The notes: generated from the sequence alone by a model not told the origin. Shown: positions 1 to 8,269, numbered from the stretch's first letter. The stretch: DNA of 64,000 nucleotides from a virus (IMGVR_UViG_3300011883_000002:1-64000), one strand, 5' to 3'. Made by a program: numbers and translations.

Positions 1-293
1 ACTCCATGCTCCATTTCTTTGCTGTGGTACTCTGGATCTGCCGATCTGCCGGTGAGTATTTCTCCGATCACTTCTTCAATGTAGGTAATGGCTCCATCTG
101 CAAGCAGGTGATCTTCGGCTATTAGCTTCGCTGTAACGCCTTTTGGTCTTGCTTTGAGTTCTTCCTCAGTCATTGGCCTTTTGGCTTCTGCTACGAGCCT
201 GTAATGCTCGGAAGAAGTGAGTTTACCCTTGCGGACTTCATGCCACTCAGAACTCTTCTGCAGAAGTTCTTCAGCATTTTCTATCGCTTCCAT
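1..293 (-). CDS. YqaJ/lambda-exonuclease-like recombination nuclease, 5' part (runs off window start)
   Basis: Hand translation from ATG 293: MEAIENAEELLQKSSEWHEVRKGKLTSSE...KEMEHG, matching the Q-x-S-x-EW..R.G.LT.S and M-x-HG motifs; not in ORF track. Confidence 0.8.
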   Translation of the reverse strand, partial: MEAIENAEELLQKSSEWHEVRKGKLTSSEHYRLVAEAKRPMTEEELKARPKGVTAKLIAEDHLLADGAITYIEEVIGEILTGRSADPEYHSKEMEHG

Positions 294-598
294 TGCTGTT
301 CCTCCCCTAATGCCGCTTCAATCGCTTCCTTAGCTATACTCACGTTGAAAGCAAGCAACTGGCCTTTGTCCTCGTAAACCTCAATAAGTTTCTTTAATGC
401 GTTAAACATGATTGGAGCCGCTGCAATAAGTTTTGCATTAGCTTCTTTCTCTTCGAATGGCATTGAAATAAAGCTGCCTTTGTCGACATCACATATTCCA
501 ATTTTAAACGTACTGTCTTCTGGTTGTGATGGTTCGGCTACTACGCGGAAATGCCCTCTTGTTTCCCATAGGCCCTGTGTCCCTTTAAAATTTTCCAT
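281..598 (-). CDS. hypothetical phage protein (NAKLIAAAP motif)
   Basis: Coupled ORF; LIAAAP motif common in phage proteins; shared with 5099-5443. Confidence 0.7.
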   Translation of the reverse strand: MENFKGTQGLWETRGHFRVVAEPSQPEDSTFKIGICDVDKGSFISMPFEEKEANAKLIAAAPIMFNALKKLIEVYEDKGQLLAFNVSIAKEAIEAALGEEQQWKR

Positions 599-993
599 TA
601 TGATTCTTCCTTTAGTTTAATCCATCCGTACTCGACCATTTCCTCAACTGATAATCCCATGTATGGCAGCGCATAACTTTTTGATCTTAGGAAATCAATA
701 ATTGACATTTTTTCCATTACATTTCTGTTGTTCTTGTTCCTGATTATATGCTTTCCGTGGTCGGGAAAATGTTTATGGCTTTCAGTTGGGAACTTTATTT
801 TTGCCACCTCAATAGCATCTTCATCGGTTATTGATGAAAGGGGTTTTAGTTTTAAGGAACTAGGTTCTAATCTACTAATACTCATTTTATATATATCAAC
901 AGTTAATTTGTTAAAGCATATATTATCTGATAATACTTCCTGCCCCCAATATTGTGCAAAGAACTTCGCCTTGTTTTCTAATGCGTTTTCCAT
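598..993 (-). CDS. hypothetical phage protein
   Basis: 131-aa ORF with stop/start overlaps on both sides. Confidence 0.75.
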   Translation of the reverse strand: MENALENKAKFFAQYWGQEVLSDNICFNKLTVDIYKMSISRLEPSSLKLKPLSSITDEDAIEVAKIKFPTESHKHFPDHGKHIIRNKNNRNVMEKMSIIDFLRSKSYALPYMGLSVEEMVEYGWIKLKEES

Positions 994-1823
994 TACTTAC
1001 CCTCCTTTTCTGCAGCCTGTTTGGCTTGTTCAGCTTGCAATCTTTTAAGATCAATCTCTGCATGACATTTCTTAACCAACTCCATCATTTCAGGGAGCTG
1101 CTGCATTTCTTTGTCAAGCCCTTTATAGTAGACGTTAACTTCTGTTTTAGTGGTGAAGCTGGTCATCGTATCTACAATGTCTTTCGGGATTTTGTCTCCA
1201 GCCACTTCTTCGTGAGTTGCGTCCAGGGTTTCTTCAGTTGTGCGAGGAGTAACGTCGTAGGCCATTGTAAATTCAATGGTGTCCTTACGGTTCAAATCCT
1301 TACCGAAAATGCGTCCAAGAGCCTCACATGCGTCTTTCTGAGCATAAGTCTTAGCAGCTGGTAGACCTATCTGAATAGCGTTTGATCTGATAAATTCTAA
1401 TTGACTGGCTGACTTTCCTTTTTCCGTCTGGACGGGAACAGCACCTACCCCATCAGTAAATCTCATCTTCCCTGTGATGGGGTCTTTATAGTGAACCCTT
1501 ACTGTACATTGAACAGAATTAAATAATGCCCCTACTGTTAAAACTTCAACGTCCCACTCTTGGAAGATACGAGTCATAAGAAGTTCTACTTTGTCAATAG
1601 GCAGGTAATCGGTTGGCACCTTTTGTTTCTGTCCGTGTTCGTTTACGATTTCCCTTGTTGCTGTCGGGTGCTTTCTTAACCATTTAGCCGGTGGCTCCTG
1701 ACTTAGTAGAAGATTTAACTGATCGTTCTTTTGGGCTAACTCAAGGTCGTTGGTTAATTCCGATAAACTTGGTAGTTCTCTTTTTTTAGGTATTGATACC
1801 TCTTTGCTTTCTTCAGTACTCAT
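993..1823 (-). CDS. Rad52/Sak-like single-strand annealing protein
   Basis: YLPIDKVE..L..IF..W, DGVGA and AAKTYAQKDACEALGRIFGKDLNRKD motifs; near YqaJ-like nuclease; start moved to ATG 1823 directly after the HNH stop. Confidence 0.7.
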   Translation of the reverse strand: MSTEESKEVSIPKKRELPSLSELTNDLELAQKNDQLNLLLSQEPPAKWLRKHPTATREIVNEHGQKQKVPTDYLPIDKVELLMTRIFQEWDVEVLTVGALFNSVQCTVRVHYKDPITGKMRFTDGVGAVPVQTEKGKSASQLEFIRSNAIQIGLPAAKTYAQKDACEALGRIFGKDLNRKDTIEFTMAYDVTPRTTEETLDATHEEVAGDKIPKDIVDTMTSFTTKTEVNVYYKGLDKEMQQLPEMMELVKKCHAEIDLKRLQAEQAKQAAEKEGK

Positions 1824-1824
1824 G

Positions 1825-2439
1825 TTATTGATCTTTAAATTTCCAGATATAATTCCCTGCTTTGTTCTGTCGGCCATGCAGGGCTGCGTTTATAGAGCCT
1901 TTAATAATTCCTGTCTCTCTTGATGCTTCCGCTTGCCCTGCGTAGTCTTTAATGTGTTTCCCTCGAAGAGAAAATTGGCTTATAGGTTTGCTGCATTTTG
2001 AAAGTGCTCCTGTTTTGCCTTGTGAGTGATTGGGGTTTTTAAGGACGTGAAATGAATGCTTCTGATTTTCACTTTGGGTACACCATTCTAAATTTTCAAC
2101 TCTATTGTCGGCTTTTATGCCGTTGATGTGGTTGACTTGATCTTTACCGTCTACAAGTGGGATAAATGCAATGGCTACAAGGCGGTGTGTTGCTATTGAC
2201 TTCATTTTTCGGTCTCTATACAAGTTCACGAAAGTGTAATCGTTATCTGGATACCGTCTTCTTGGCCTAAGTGATAATATTTTGCCGGAATGTTTTTTAA
2301 TTCCCATATCCTCACCACTTACCCATTCTTTATCTAAACTCCGAACCCTACCGATATTGCTCACTTCATACAGACCTTCGTACCCTACTACCGGTCGCCA
2401 TTCTTCTTCTGTTGTTGGTTTTGTTTCTTCTGTGCTCAT
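1825..2439 (-). CDS. NUMOD4-HNH-NUMOD1 homing endonuclease
   Basis: EEWRPVVGYEGLYEVSNIGRVRS (NUMOD4); VNHINGIKADNRVENLEWCTQSEN (HNH); C-terminal KPISQF...GNYIWKF. Confidence 0.92.
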   Translation of the reverse strand: MSTEETKPTTEEEWRPVVGYEGLYEVSNIGRVRSLDKEWVSGEDMGIKKHSGKILSLRPRRRYPDNDYTFVNLYRDRKMKSIATHRLVAIAFIPLVDGKDQVNHINGIKADNRVENLEWCTQSENQKHSFHVLKNPNHSQGKTGALSKCSKPISQFSLRGKHIKDYAGQAEASRETGIIKGSINAALHGRQNKAGNYIWKFKDQ

Positions 2440-2441
2440 GG

Positions 2442-2690
2442 CTATTCTCCTGTTATGGTTTTTATTGCTGCTAATATTGGGGCAACTATTTTATGGTTGT
2501 AATCTCTGATCCCATCAGCAACGTAAAGTGAATTGATGTAAAACATTCCCTCCATCATTGGACGATCAGGTCTTTCAAGACCATAAACGGAGGCTGCTAT
2601 CTTTCTGAGTTGAACTTCAGTAATGTCAACCGCCATTTCTATTTCAATGACGTATTTTGTTCCTTTTGGGATAACTGTTTCTTCTTCCAT
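2442..2690 (-). CDS. hypothetical protein
   Basis: ORF tightly packed in operon. Confidence 0.65.
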   Translation of the reverse strand: MEEETVIPKGTKYVIEIEMAVDITEVQLRKIAASVYGLERPDRPMMEGMFYINSLYVADGIRDYNHKIVAPILAAIKTITGE

Positions 2691-2692
2691 TT

Positions 2693-3091
2693 CTATTTCT
2701 GATTACGTGGATCATTCCTGTGTTTCTCTCTGCCTTCGATCATTTTAAGCTGATCTGCCGTGCTGTAGGCGGCTAAGTGGCACCGCTTGTATTTCTTACC
2801 GCTACCGCAAGGACAGGGGTCGTTTCTACCTGGTTGTTCTTCTGTTGTGGGTGGAACAAGTATCCCTCCTTTTAATGGCTTGGGAGGGTAAACAAGTGGT
2901 ACTGCTTTAGGAGTTGGTTCGAGTATTGGTGGAAGGGTTCGACCTAAAAACTCTTTTTGTTGTTCGTACTCCTCAACTGATTTTGCCATTTGAATTTCAA
3001 TCTTATGGTCTAAGCCTTCTCTTTCAAGGACGTTCCGTATAGCTTCAGACATTACCGGCCCATCACTTATTATTGCTATTTTATTTTCCAT
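2693..3091 (-). CDS. SEC-C zinc-binding motif protein
   Basis: [19 protein letters not shown]. Confidence 0.9.
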   Translation of the reverse strand: MENKIAIISDGPVMSEAIRNVLEREGLDHKIEIQMAKSVEEYEQQKEFLGRTLPPILEPTPKAVPLVYPPKPLKGGILVPPTTEEQPGRNDPCPCGSGKKYKRCHLAAYSTADQLKMIEGREKHRNDPRNQK

Positions 3092-3318
3092 TACACGATC
3101 TGTTTGAACTCGTAAATATCCTTGACGTTTTTGTTCAGCTCTGTCCCAATGGACTTAGCATTCAGGATACCGTCCCATACCTTTGGTGGTACTTTGAAGT
3201 AAGAGTAAATACCTCCGGATCTGAATACGATTGTAAGGATCTGGTTTTTGTAGATTGCTGAGGATACCTGAGAGCTTCCTGGAAACTCTGAGAATACTTT
3301 GGTTGGTTTTGTTGCCAT
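3091..3318 (-). CDS. KTSC domain protein
   Basis: SSQVSSAIY...[17 protein letters not shown]...SIG..LN pattern. Confidence 0.85.
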   Translation of the reverse strand: MATKPTKVFSEFPGSSQVSSAIYKNQILTIVFRSGGIYSYFKVPPKVWDGILNAKSIGTELNKNVKDIYEFKQIV

Positions 3319-3323
3319 TTTGT

Positions 3324-3587
3324 TTAATCTGTGAATGCGTGAAAAACTAATTGTCCATTTCTCATTTGGAAGGTCGAGATATATTTTTTATCCATCATAC
3401 CTTTACAGGGATGACCTGTGCCTCTGATGTATATTTTTACTGCCACCGGTATGTTTTCTGGATTAACTAATGCCCATAATTTCACTTCACGGTCTTGGAC
3501 TTGAATAGAAAGGATTTTATATCCCTCTGGCATTACAACTGTTTGCTGATCGTCGATATTTACATCGTACTTGTAAATTGTTTCCAT
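3324..3587 (-). CDS. conserved hypothetical phage protein
   Basis: TIYKY...MPEG.KILSIQVQ...LWALV...GTGH pattern recurrent in phages. Confidence 0.7.
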   Translation of the reverse strand: METIYKYDVNIDDQQTVVMPEGYKILSIQVQDREVKLWALVNPENIPVAVKIYIRGTGHPCKGMMDKKYISTFQMRNGQLVFHAFTD

Positions 3588-3596
3588 TGTTATTTT

Positions 3597-4682
3597 TTAA
3601 AAGGGTAAATCTTCTTTTTCTTTTTGTTTGGATGCTTTCTTTGCTGGTATTTTAAATTCTTTGGCTGCTTTCGTCATTATAACCTCTAAGGCTTGCTTTC
3701 CTTCTGCTGATAGATACACCTTGTGCTTATCATTAAAATCGGATAGCAAATCGTATAAGCCTTGATCTTTAGCTATTAGCTTTTTTATCTTGTTGATTGC
3801 TCGCTGAAAGAAAGAGTCTTTATGTAAGGTGGCTTCCAGGTTACTGTTGGTAAGTATTTGGCTTTTACCTTTCTCGTCTTTATAGGTGTACTTTATGCTG
3901 TTTCCTACTTGTACTGCTTTCAGTTTCTTTTTAGTTACTTCCGGCACAGAGTCAATATATAGCGCATCAGAGAAGCTTAAATCTTTTGTTGTGATCTTAC
4001 CCTGGGATTGATTGATCTTGCTTGCTGCATAGCTTAAATCGAAGCTACGTGGAACTGATCTATCTCTGTCCAATGGCAGGTGGTGAGGCCGTATATTGTA
4101 AGCTTTCCCTATGCCTTCTGCTTTAGTAACAAACAAGCCTCCGGAGTAGATCATTCCTGCTTGCTTGTTTACAATCTGCCCGAAGTAGTTATCGTCAAAA
4201 ATCACGTCATCTGCAGTGATTATATTAGCTTTAAAGCTTTCAAATTCAGACTGATCACACTCGAAGGTGATGGTGAACATAACGTTAGAAGGATCGAGTC
4301 CATGCTCTTCGTAGCGCAAGCAAAAACATTCTCCGATTTCGCTGTCAACATATGTGTCTGGCCAGATTTCGTATTTCTGAGTAATGATCGAACTTTTGTA
4401 GCCTTCTCGTAACAGGATAAGAAAAGCCATTTTCAATCCTTCTCCATGCTTGCCGATTGCGTTAACATTGTTCTTTTTAGAGTTGCCAATTCTCAGGAAG
4501 TCCAAGCTTTCCGGTTGCCATGCGTTACTTACTGATACTTTGTCTATACCACCCAAATGACGTATATCTTCTGTATACTCTCCGTAATCAAGAAAGTTTT
4601 GGTACACCTCACGAAGTGCTTCAGTGATCGACCAGTTGCTCAGGTAATCTTTCCCGAAGCCGTAGTGAATAGTTTTTTCCAT
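3597..4682 (-). CDS. GHKL (HATPase_c-like) ATPase domain protein with C-terminal DLPF
   Basis: N-box ALREVYQNFLD; G boxes IGNSKK and IGKHGEGLKMA. Confidence 0.8.
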   Translation of the reverse strand: MEKTIHYGFGKDYLSNWSITEALREVYQNFLDYGEYTEDIRHLGGIDKVSVSNAWQPESLDFLRIGNSKKNNVNAIGKHGEGLKMAFLILLREGYKSSIITQKYEIWPDTYVDSEIGECFCLRYEEHGLDPSNVMFTITFECDQSEFESFKANIITADDVIFDDNYFGQIVNKQAGMIYSGGLFVTKAEGIGKAYNIRPHHLPLDRDRSVPRSFDLSYAASKINQSQGKITTKDLSFSDALYIDSVPEVTKKKLKAVQVGNSIKYTYKDEKGKSQILTNSNLEATLHKDSFFQRAINKIKKLIAKDQGLYDLLSDFNDKHKVYLSAEGKQALEVIMTKAAKEFKIPAKKASKQKEKEDLPF

Positions 4683-4684
4683 GA

Positions 4685-4870
4685 TTACTGTTGTTTTTGA
4701 ATTTCTATGTATTGTAGACTACTGGGTAAATATTCTATTGCTCTGTGCAGGCCGATTGGCTGCGTAGGAAAGACTTTCGCCTTTTGTCCCCGGTACTTGG
4801 TCAGGCTTTCAATTTGGCTTCGTCTCAGGGGAGATAAATCGTCCTGTTTCTTTTTGAATAGGTTTAGCAT
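4685..4870 (-). CDS. hypothetical protein
   Basis: Small ORF in operon. Confidence 0.55.
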   Translation of the reverse strand: MLNLFKKKQDDLSPLRRSQIESLTKYRGQKAKVFPTQPIGLHRAIEYLPSSLQYIEIQKQQ

Positions 4871-4880
4871 GATTAATTAT

Positions 4881-5099
4881 TTAAGTGTATTGCCATTTAC
4901 AGTCTAAGATGTCGTCTATTGATCTTCCTGGAGTAGCTTCTCCTTCGCACCAGTAGCGATTATCTTCAAATTCCTCTGTCTCTATGGAGTAGACTCCTGA
5001 GCCACCTTCAAATGCTCTTGCTAATACTGTTGTTCCATCTGGAAGGAAAAGCTTTATAAGCTTGTGTTTTGCTGGTAATTGTTCTTTAATTGTTGGCAT
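4881..5099 (-). CDS. hypothetical protein
   Basis: Coupled ORF (TAATG overlap). Confidence 0.6.
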   Translation of the reverse strand: MPTIKEQLPAKHKLIKLFLPDGTTVLARAFEGGSGVYSIETEEFEDNRYWCEGEATPGRSIDDILDCKWQYT

Positions 5100-5443
5100 T
5101 ACTCTTCCCTTCCTAATGATTTGTTGATTGCTGTTCTTGCTCTTTCCAATGCCCTACAAGCTCCGTAGTCTTCAGCATCGCTTTTTAATGCCGCGCCATG
5201 GGTTTGAGTTCCTAAAACAGAAGCAAGTAATTCTAATACCTCAGCGCATTCAAGTAGAGATTCTTGAAGGTCTGGCGCGGCTGCTATTAGATGACCGTTT
5301 GCTTGGTAAGGCACATTTTTATCGAAATTTAGCGTGCATATCCTCCAAGAATCTTCACTCCAAATGCAGGGGGCGTAATCCATGTTGTTCGCTATTACCC
5401 AAGGAGCCTTGCTGATTGACCCCACTAATTTAAACCCGCCCAT
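5099..5443 (-). CDS. hypothetical phage protein (NGHLIAAAP motif)
   Basis: LIAAAPDL motif; coupled ORF. Confidence 0.7.
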   Translation of the reverse strand: MGGFKLVGSISKAPWVIANNMDYAPCIWSEDSWRICTLNFDKNVPYQANGHLIAAAPDLQESLLECAEVLELLASVLGTQTHGAALKSDAEDYGACRALERARTAINKSLGREE

Positions 5444-5688
5444 TACTTCACAGATTTAATAGTGATCGCCCCAACTTGTTTAACCTCGAGCCCAACAACA
5501 AAGGGAATAAGAAAGCTGTCATTCCCCTGCAGCCAAACCATGTTTACTAATCTGCCGTGAGCTGGGTACACAGTACCTGTTTTGTAGTGTTTGGGGCAAA
5601 AATACTCGGTTGTAATTTCATACAGCTCGGCCCTGGTGCCTACGCTTAGCGTGGCCTCTCCTGGGTAGGAGTTTACTGGTGTATTCAT
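5443..5688 (-). CDS. hypothetical protein
   Basis: First ORF after the 5689-5855 intergenic gap. Confidence 0.6.
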   Translation of the reverse strand: MNTPVNSYPGEATLSVGTRAELYEITTEYFCPKHYKTGTVYPAHGRLVNMVWLQGNDSFLIPFVVGLEVKQVGAITIKSVK

Positions 5689-5855
5689 AAGATTTGATTT
5701 TTGGTTGGTAATTCCTCTTGTCTCTTGTTTTGTAAATATACGTTGTTAAGCCATACTAAGCAAGGCCATATTAAAGATTTATTTATTTTGTGAAAAACTG
5801 CGAAATAAAAGCTATTTGCAGGATTCTGTTACTGTCCAGTTTATGGAATACTACT

Positions 5856-6623
5856 TTAATGCATGGGATAACTGAACCTGTTAGGTAGGTTTAGGAAAAC
5901 CATACCCGACTGATTAGAGTAGTGAAATTTGTTTGAGATGTATTTCTCCCGGAAAGCACGGTATCCGATCTGTTCTCGTTCAACAACTTTATAATTGTGT
6001 TTGGAGATTATCAGTCCGGCTTCGTTAAACTGTTTCTGCAGTCTTAATCCGGTGTGTTGTGATCTTTTGTATATCTGTCCTATTTTCCTGTTGCTCAGGC
6101 AAAGATTGATCTGTAAAGAAGTTTCGGTGGCGTTCAGCTTTTTCTCCGCTTTCAAAAGGCGTTGTGCTTTCTTGTGCGGGGTAAATGCTGAGTTATGCAT
6201 TTTTATTATTTCCTTCTTAGTTTGGATTGTCTTGCGCTGTTTATCCAGGTTTCTTTCAAATAGGCAGAATTTAAGGTTTATAAGCTGTGTTTGGTGGTCT
6301 GTGCTGGCTTTGATTGGGAACATGGCTGATGGATAGAGCTTCAGCATGTTGTCACGTCCTATGCACTGTAAATTGCCGTGGCTTATGGTTATAAGTTTGT
6401 TGGCTTGTAATTTCTTTAGATGCACTGATAAGGTGCTGGGTGAGCAATCAAGTTTACGTGATACTTTTCTAAGTGAGTAGTTGTAAACCTTGCCGTTTTT
6501 GTAAAGTTGTCTGATCCGGGCGAAGTAGCACAAAGACAGGAGCCAGTCGTATTTTACGGCTGTGTTGACTAATTTAAGAGTTAGCCAAACTTTGTCCTGG
6601 TACTGGGGTCTTTGTGGGTTCAA
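5856..6623 (-). CDS. basic double winged-helix DNA-binding protein (possible replication initiator or regulator)
   Basis: YSLRKVSRKLDCSPSTLSVHLKKLQANKLI and LSNRKIGQIYKRSQHTGLRLQKQFNEAGLI HTH-like segments; probable start TTG 6623 directly after the leader hairpin. Confidence 0.6.
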   Translation of the reverse strand: MNPQRPQYQDKVWLTLKLVNTAVKYDWLLSLCYFARIRQLYKNGKVYNYSLRKVSRKLDCSPSTLSVHLKKLQANKLITISHGNLQCIGRDNMLKLYPSAMFPIKASTDHQTQLINLKFCLFERNLDKQRKTIQTKKEIIKMHNSAFTPHKKAQRLLKAEKKLNATETSLQINLCLSNRKIGQIYKRSQHTGLRLQKQFNEAGLIISKHNYKVVEREQIGYRAFREKYISNKFHYSNQSGMVFLNLPNRFSYPMH

Positions 6624-6626
6624 TCT

Positions 6627-6754
6627 AAAGGAATTACAGTTTAATAGACACCGAATTGATTTGGACGGCAAGGGGGTGTGCTATTAAGACTGTAACCCTT
6701 TGGGATTAATATCTTGTTTGAGAAATTGCTATGTTGCGCTCCTTGCCGTCCAAA
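6627..6754 (-). promoter_or_regulatory. structured 5' leader: long hairpin whose loop is complementary to an upstream 14-mer
   Basis: Arms at 6627-6652 and 6675-6701; perfect inverted repeat at 6660-6673 and 6741-6754. Confidence 0.7.
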
Positions 6755-6805
6755 GCATTTGTATCGCGCTTCAAAGGTGTGGAGTTGTTTTGATTAAAGC
6801 AAGTG

Positions 6806-7219
6806 TTATTTTAAATTTCTAAAATGCTCTTTCATTTCCCTCAGCACGTTAATTGTCACGATGTTATTCCGGTTCTTGTCTTTAGAAAGGATACCGATCT
6901 TATCCTCAACATGCTTGATGCACTCTAAAACTCCCGGATTTGCCTGTTTTTCTTCGATCTCAGGCACTTTCTTTTGGTCCTTGGCCGATTGAGCCGCTCT
7001 ACGATAAATCTTGTAGAAAGCCTTTAATTCTTCCCCAGGCCAAAAGTATTCCCTGTCATCTTTGAGGATAACTACACTTCGTTTGGTTTTCGCCTTGTTG
7101 TAGTAGAAGCAGAATGTTTGGTTTTCAAACAGGACGTTAAATCCGTTTTGGGTTTTACTGAACTCTGCGTCTGGAGGGAATGTCTCTTGTATCTCCTCAA
7201 TGCTTGTGATCATCTGCAT
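6806..7219 (-). CDS. hypothetical protein
   Basis: Start moved to ATG 7219 (MQMITS), 2 nt after the upstream stop. Confidence 0.7.
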   Translation of the reverse strand: MQMITSIEEIQETFPPDAEFSKTQNGFNVLFENQTFCFYYNKAKTKRSVVILKDDREYFWPGEELKAFYKIYRRAAQSAKDQKKVPEIEEKQANPGVLECIKHVEDKIGILSKDKNRNNIVTINVLREMKEHFRNLK

Positions 7220-7221
7220 AG

Positions 7222-7476
7222 CTATTTGATAAAATTGTAGTACACGTAAATCCAAAAGGTTAACAGGGCAATGGCACCGACTAAATACGTGAAGACCGTT
7301 GTCCAGTCTACTTCTATAACCACATCGTATTCAAGTGTAAACAGCAGGGCTTCAATTTCCCTGTCAAAGATTAATTTACTTCCATCCGGGTTCTTGACTG
7401 TACGCCATACCCAAAAATGCTTCATTTGAACCTGGTAGCCTTCTGCTACTTGAATAGTTCTAAATTCTTTATTCAT
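7222..7476 (-). CDS. small protein with C-terminal transmembrane helix
   Basis: MNKEFRTIQ...WTTVFTYLVGAIALLTFWIYVYYNFIK. Confidence 0.7.
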   Translation of the reverse strand: MNKEFRTIQVAEGYQVQMKHFWVWRTVKNPDGSKLIFDREIEALLFTLEYDVVIEVDWTTVFTYLVGAIALLTFWIYVYYNFIK

Positions 7477-7696
7477 TGCTTTCTGAATTAAATAGCCACT
7501 CCCTATTAAGGTAGATGTAAAGAAACACCTCAAAGAGCAGCAAGGTTGATAAGATTAAACAGTTTTCGTTTACCGCTGTGCGGTCTATTCCGTACATAGA
7601 TTGATAGAACATTACTACAATGCCCATTACCATTGCCAGGAGAATTAAGAGGCTTAGAACGATTCTAATTGCCTCGTTGTTACGGAGCCTTCTCAT
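7469..7696 (-). CDS. two-TM small membrane protein
   Basis: IVLSLLILLAMVMGIVVMFY and CLILSTLLLFEVFLYIYL; start ATG 7696. Confidence 0.7.
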   Translation of the reverse strand: MRRLRNNEAIRIVLSLLILLAMVMGIVVMFYQSMYGIDRTAVNENCLILSTLLLFEVFLYIYLNREWLFNSESNE

Positions 7697-7848
7697 GCAC
7701 TCGCTGCCCAGCTTATAAGGGCACAAACGAGTAAGGTGTAGAGTACCGCAAAGAAGAACAAAACTCCCTTTGTTAGCTTCTTGCTGCCGATCCTTCTACC
7801 TAATCGGTTCCATTCGGACAATGCCCAGCTAAAAATCGTCGTCATCAT
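7693..7848 (-). CDS. 51-aa membrane microprotein
   Basis: Hand translation MMTTIFSWALSEWNRLGRRIGSKKLTKGVLFFFAVLYTLLVCALISWAASA; ATGA overlap with next gene. Confidence 0.6.
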   Translation of the reverse strand: MMTTIFSWALSEWNRLGRRIGSKKLTKGVLFFFAVLYTLLVCALISWAASA

Positions 7849-7963
7849 TATGAACAGGTGTTGCAAGGTTGGCGGCCAAAAAGCCTACAAACAGGCCGAT
7901 AATTAAAACTAAGAAGGCTGCGATTATAGGGCTTGCAGCTACCAACTGAAATAAAGTTCCCAT
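7829..7963 (-). CDS. 44-aa membrane microprotein with acidic tail
   Basis: Hand translation MGTLFQLVAASPIIAAFLVLIIGLFVGFLAANLATPVHNDDDDF. Confidence 0.65.
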   Translation of the reverse strand: MGTLFQLVAASPIIAAFLVLIIGLFVGFLAANLATPVHNDDDDF

Positions 7964-7973
7964 GATATTTGGT

Positions 7974-8117
7974 TTAGTTGGTTAGATAAGTTTGGTTAAA
8001 CCCACGCACATCCCCAAAAGAAAGCGCATAAGCCACGATAATTGAAATTATGATGCAAACCACTATGGCTGCATAATTAGCCTGCTTAGGGCTTAAATAG
8101 AATACTGGTCTTTTCAT
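7974..8117 (-). CDS. 47-aa membrane microprotein
   Basis: Hand translation MKRPVFYLSPKQANYAAIVVCIIISIIVAYALSFGDVRGFNQTYLTN; TAATG coupling. Confidence 0.65.
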   Translation of the reverse strand: MKRPVFYLSPKQANYAAIVVCIIISIIVAYALSFGDVRGFNQTYLTN

Positions 8118-8269
8118 TACGGTTGCCTAAAATGGTTGCCTACTTGTTGTTGTCTTTTCTTCCTTTGGTGCCGGTCCGCAAGGTATTCAAATAGCCTACA
8201 TACAAGCGCAAAGATCATTAGCCCGATTGGGATAAGAGATAGCCAGCCGAATACGGCTAAACTGCTCAT
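8117..8269 (-). CDS. 50-aa membrane microprotein with basic tail
   Basis: Hand translation MSSLAVFGWLSLIPIGLMIFALVCRLFEYLADRHQRKKRQQQVGNHFRQP. Confidence 0.65.
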   Translation of the reverse strand: MSSLAVFGWLSLIPIGLMIFALVCRLFEYLADRHQRKKRQQQVGNHFRQP

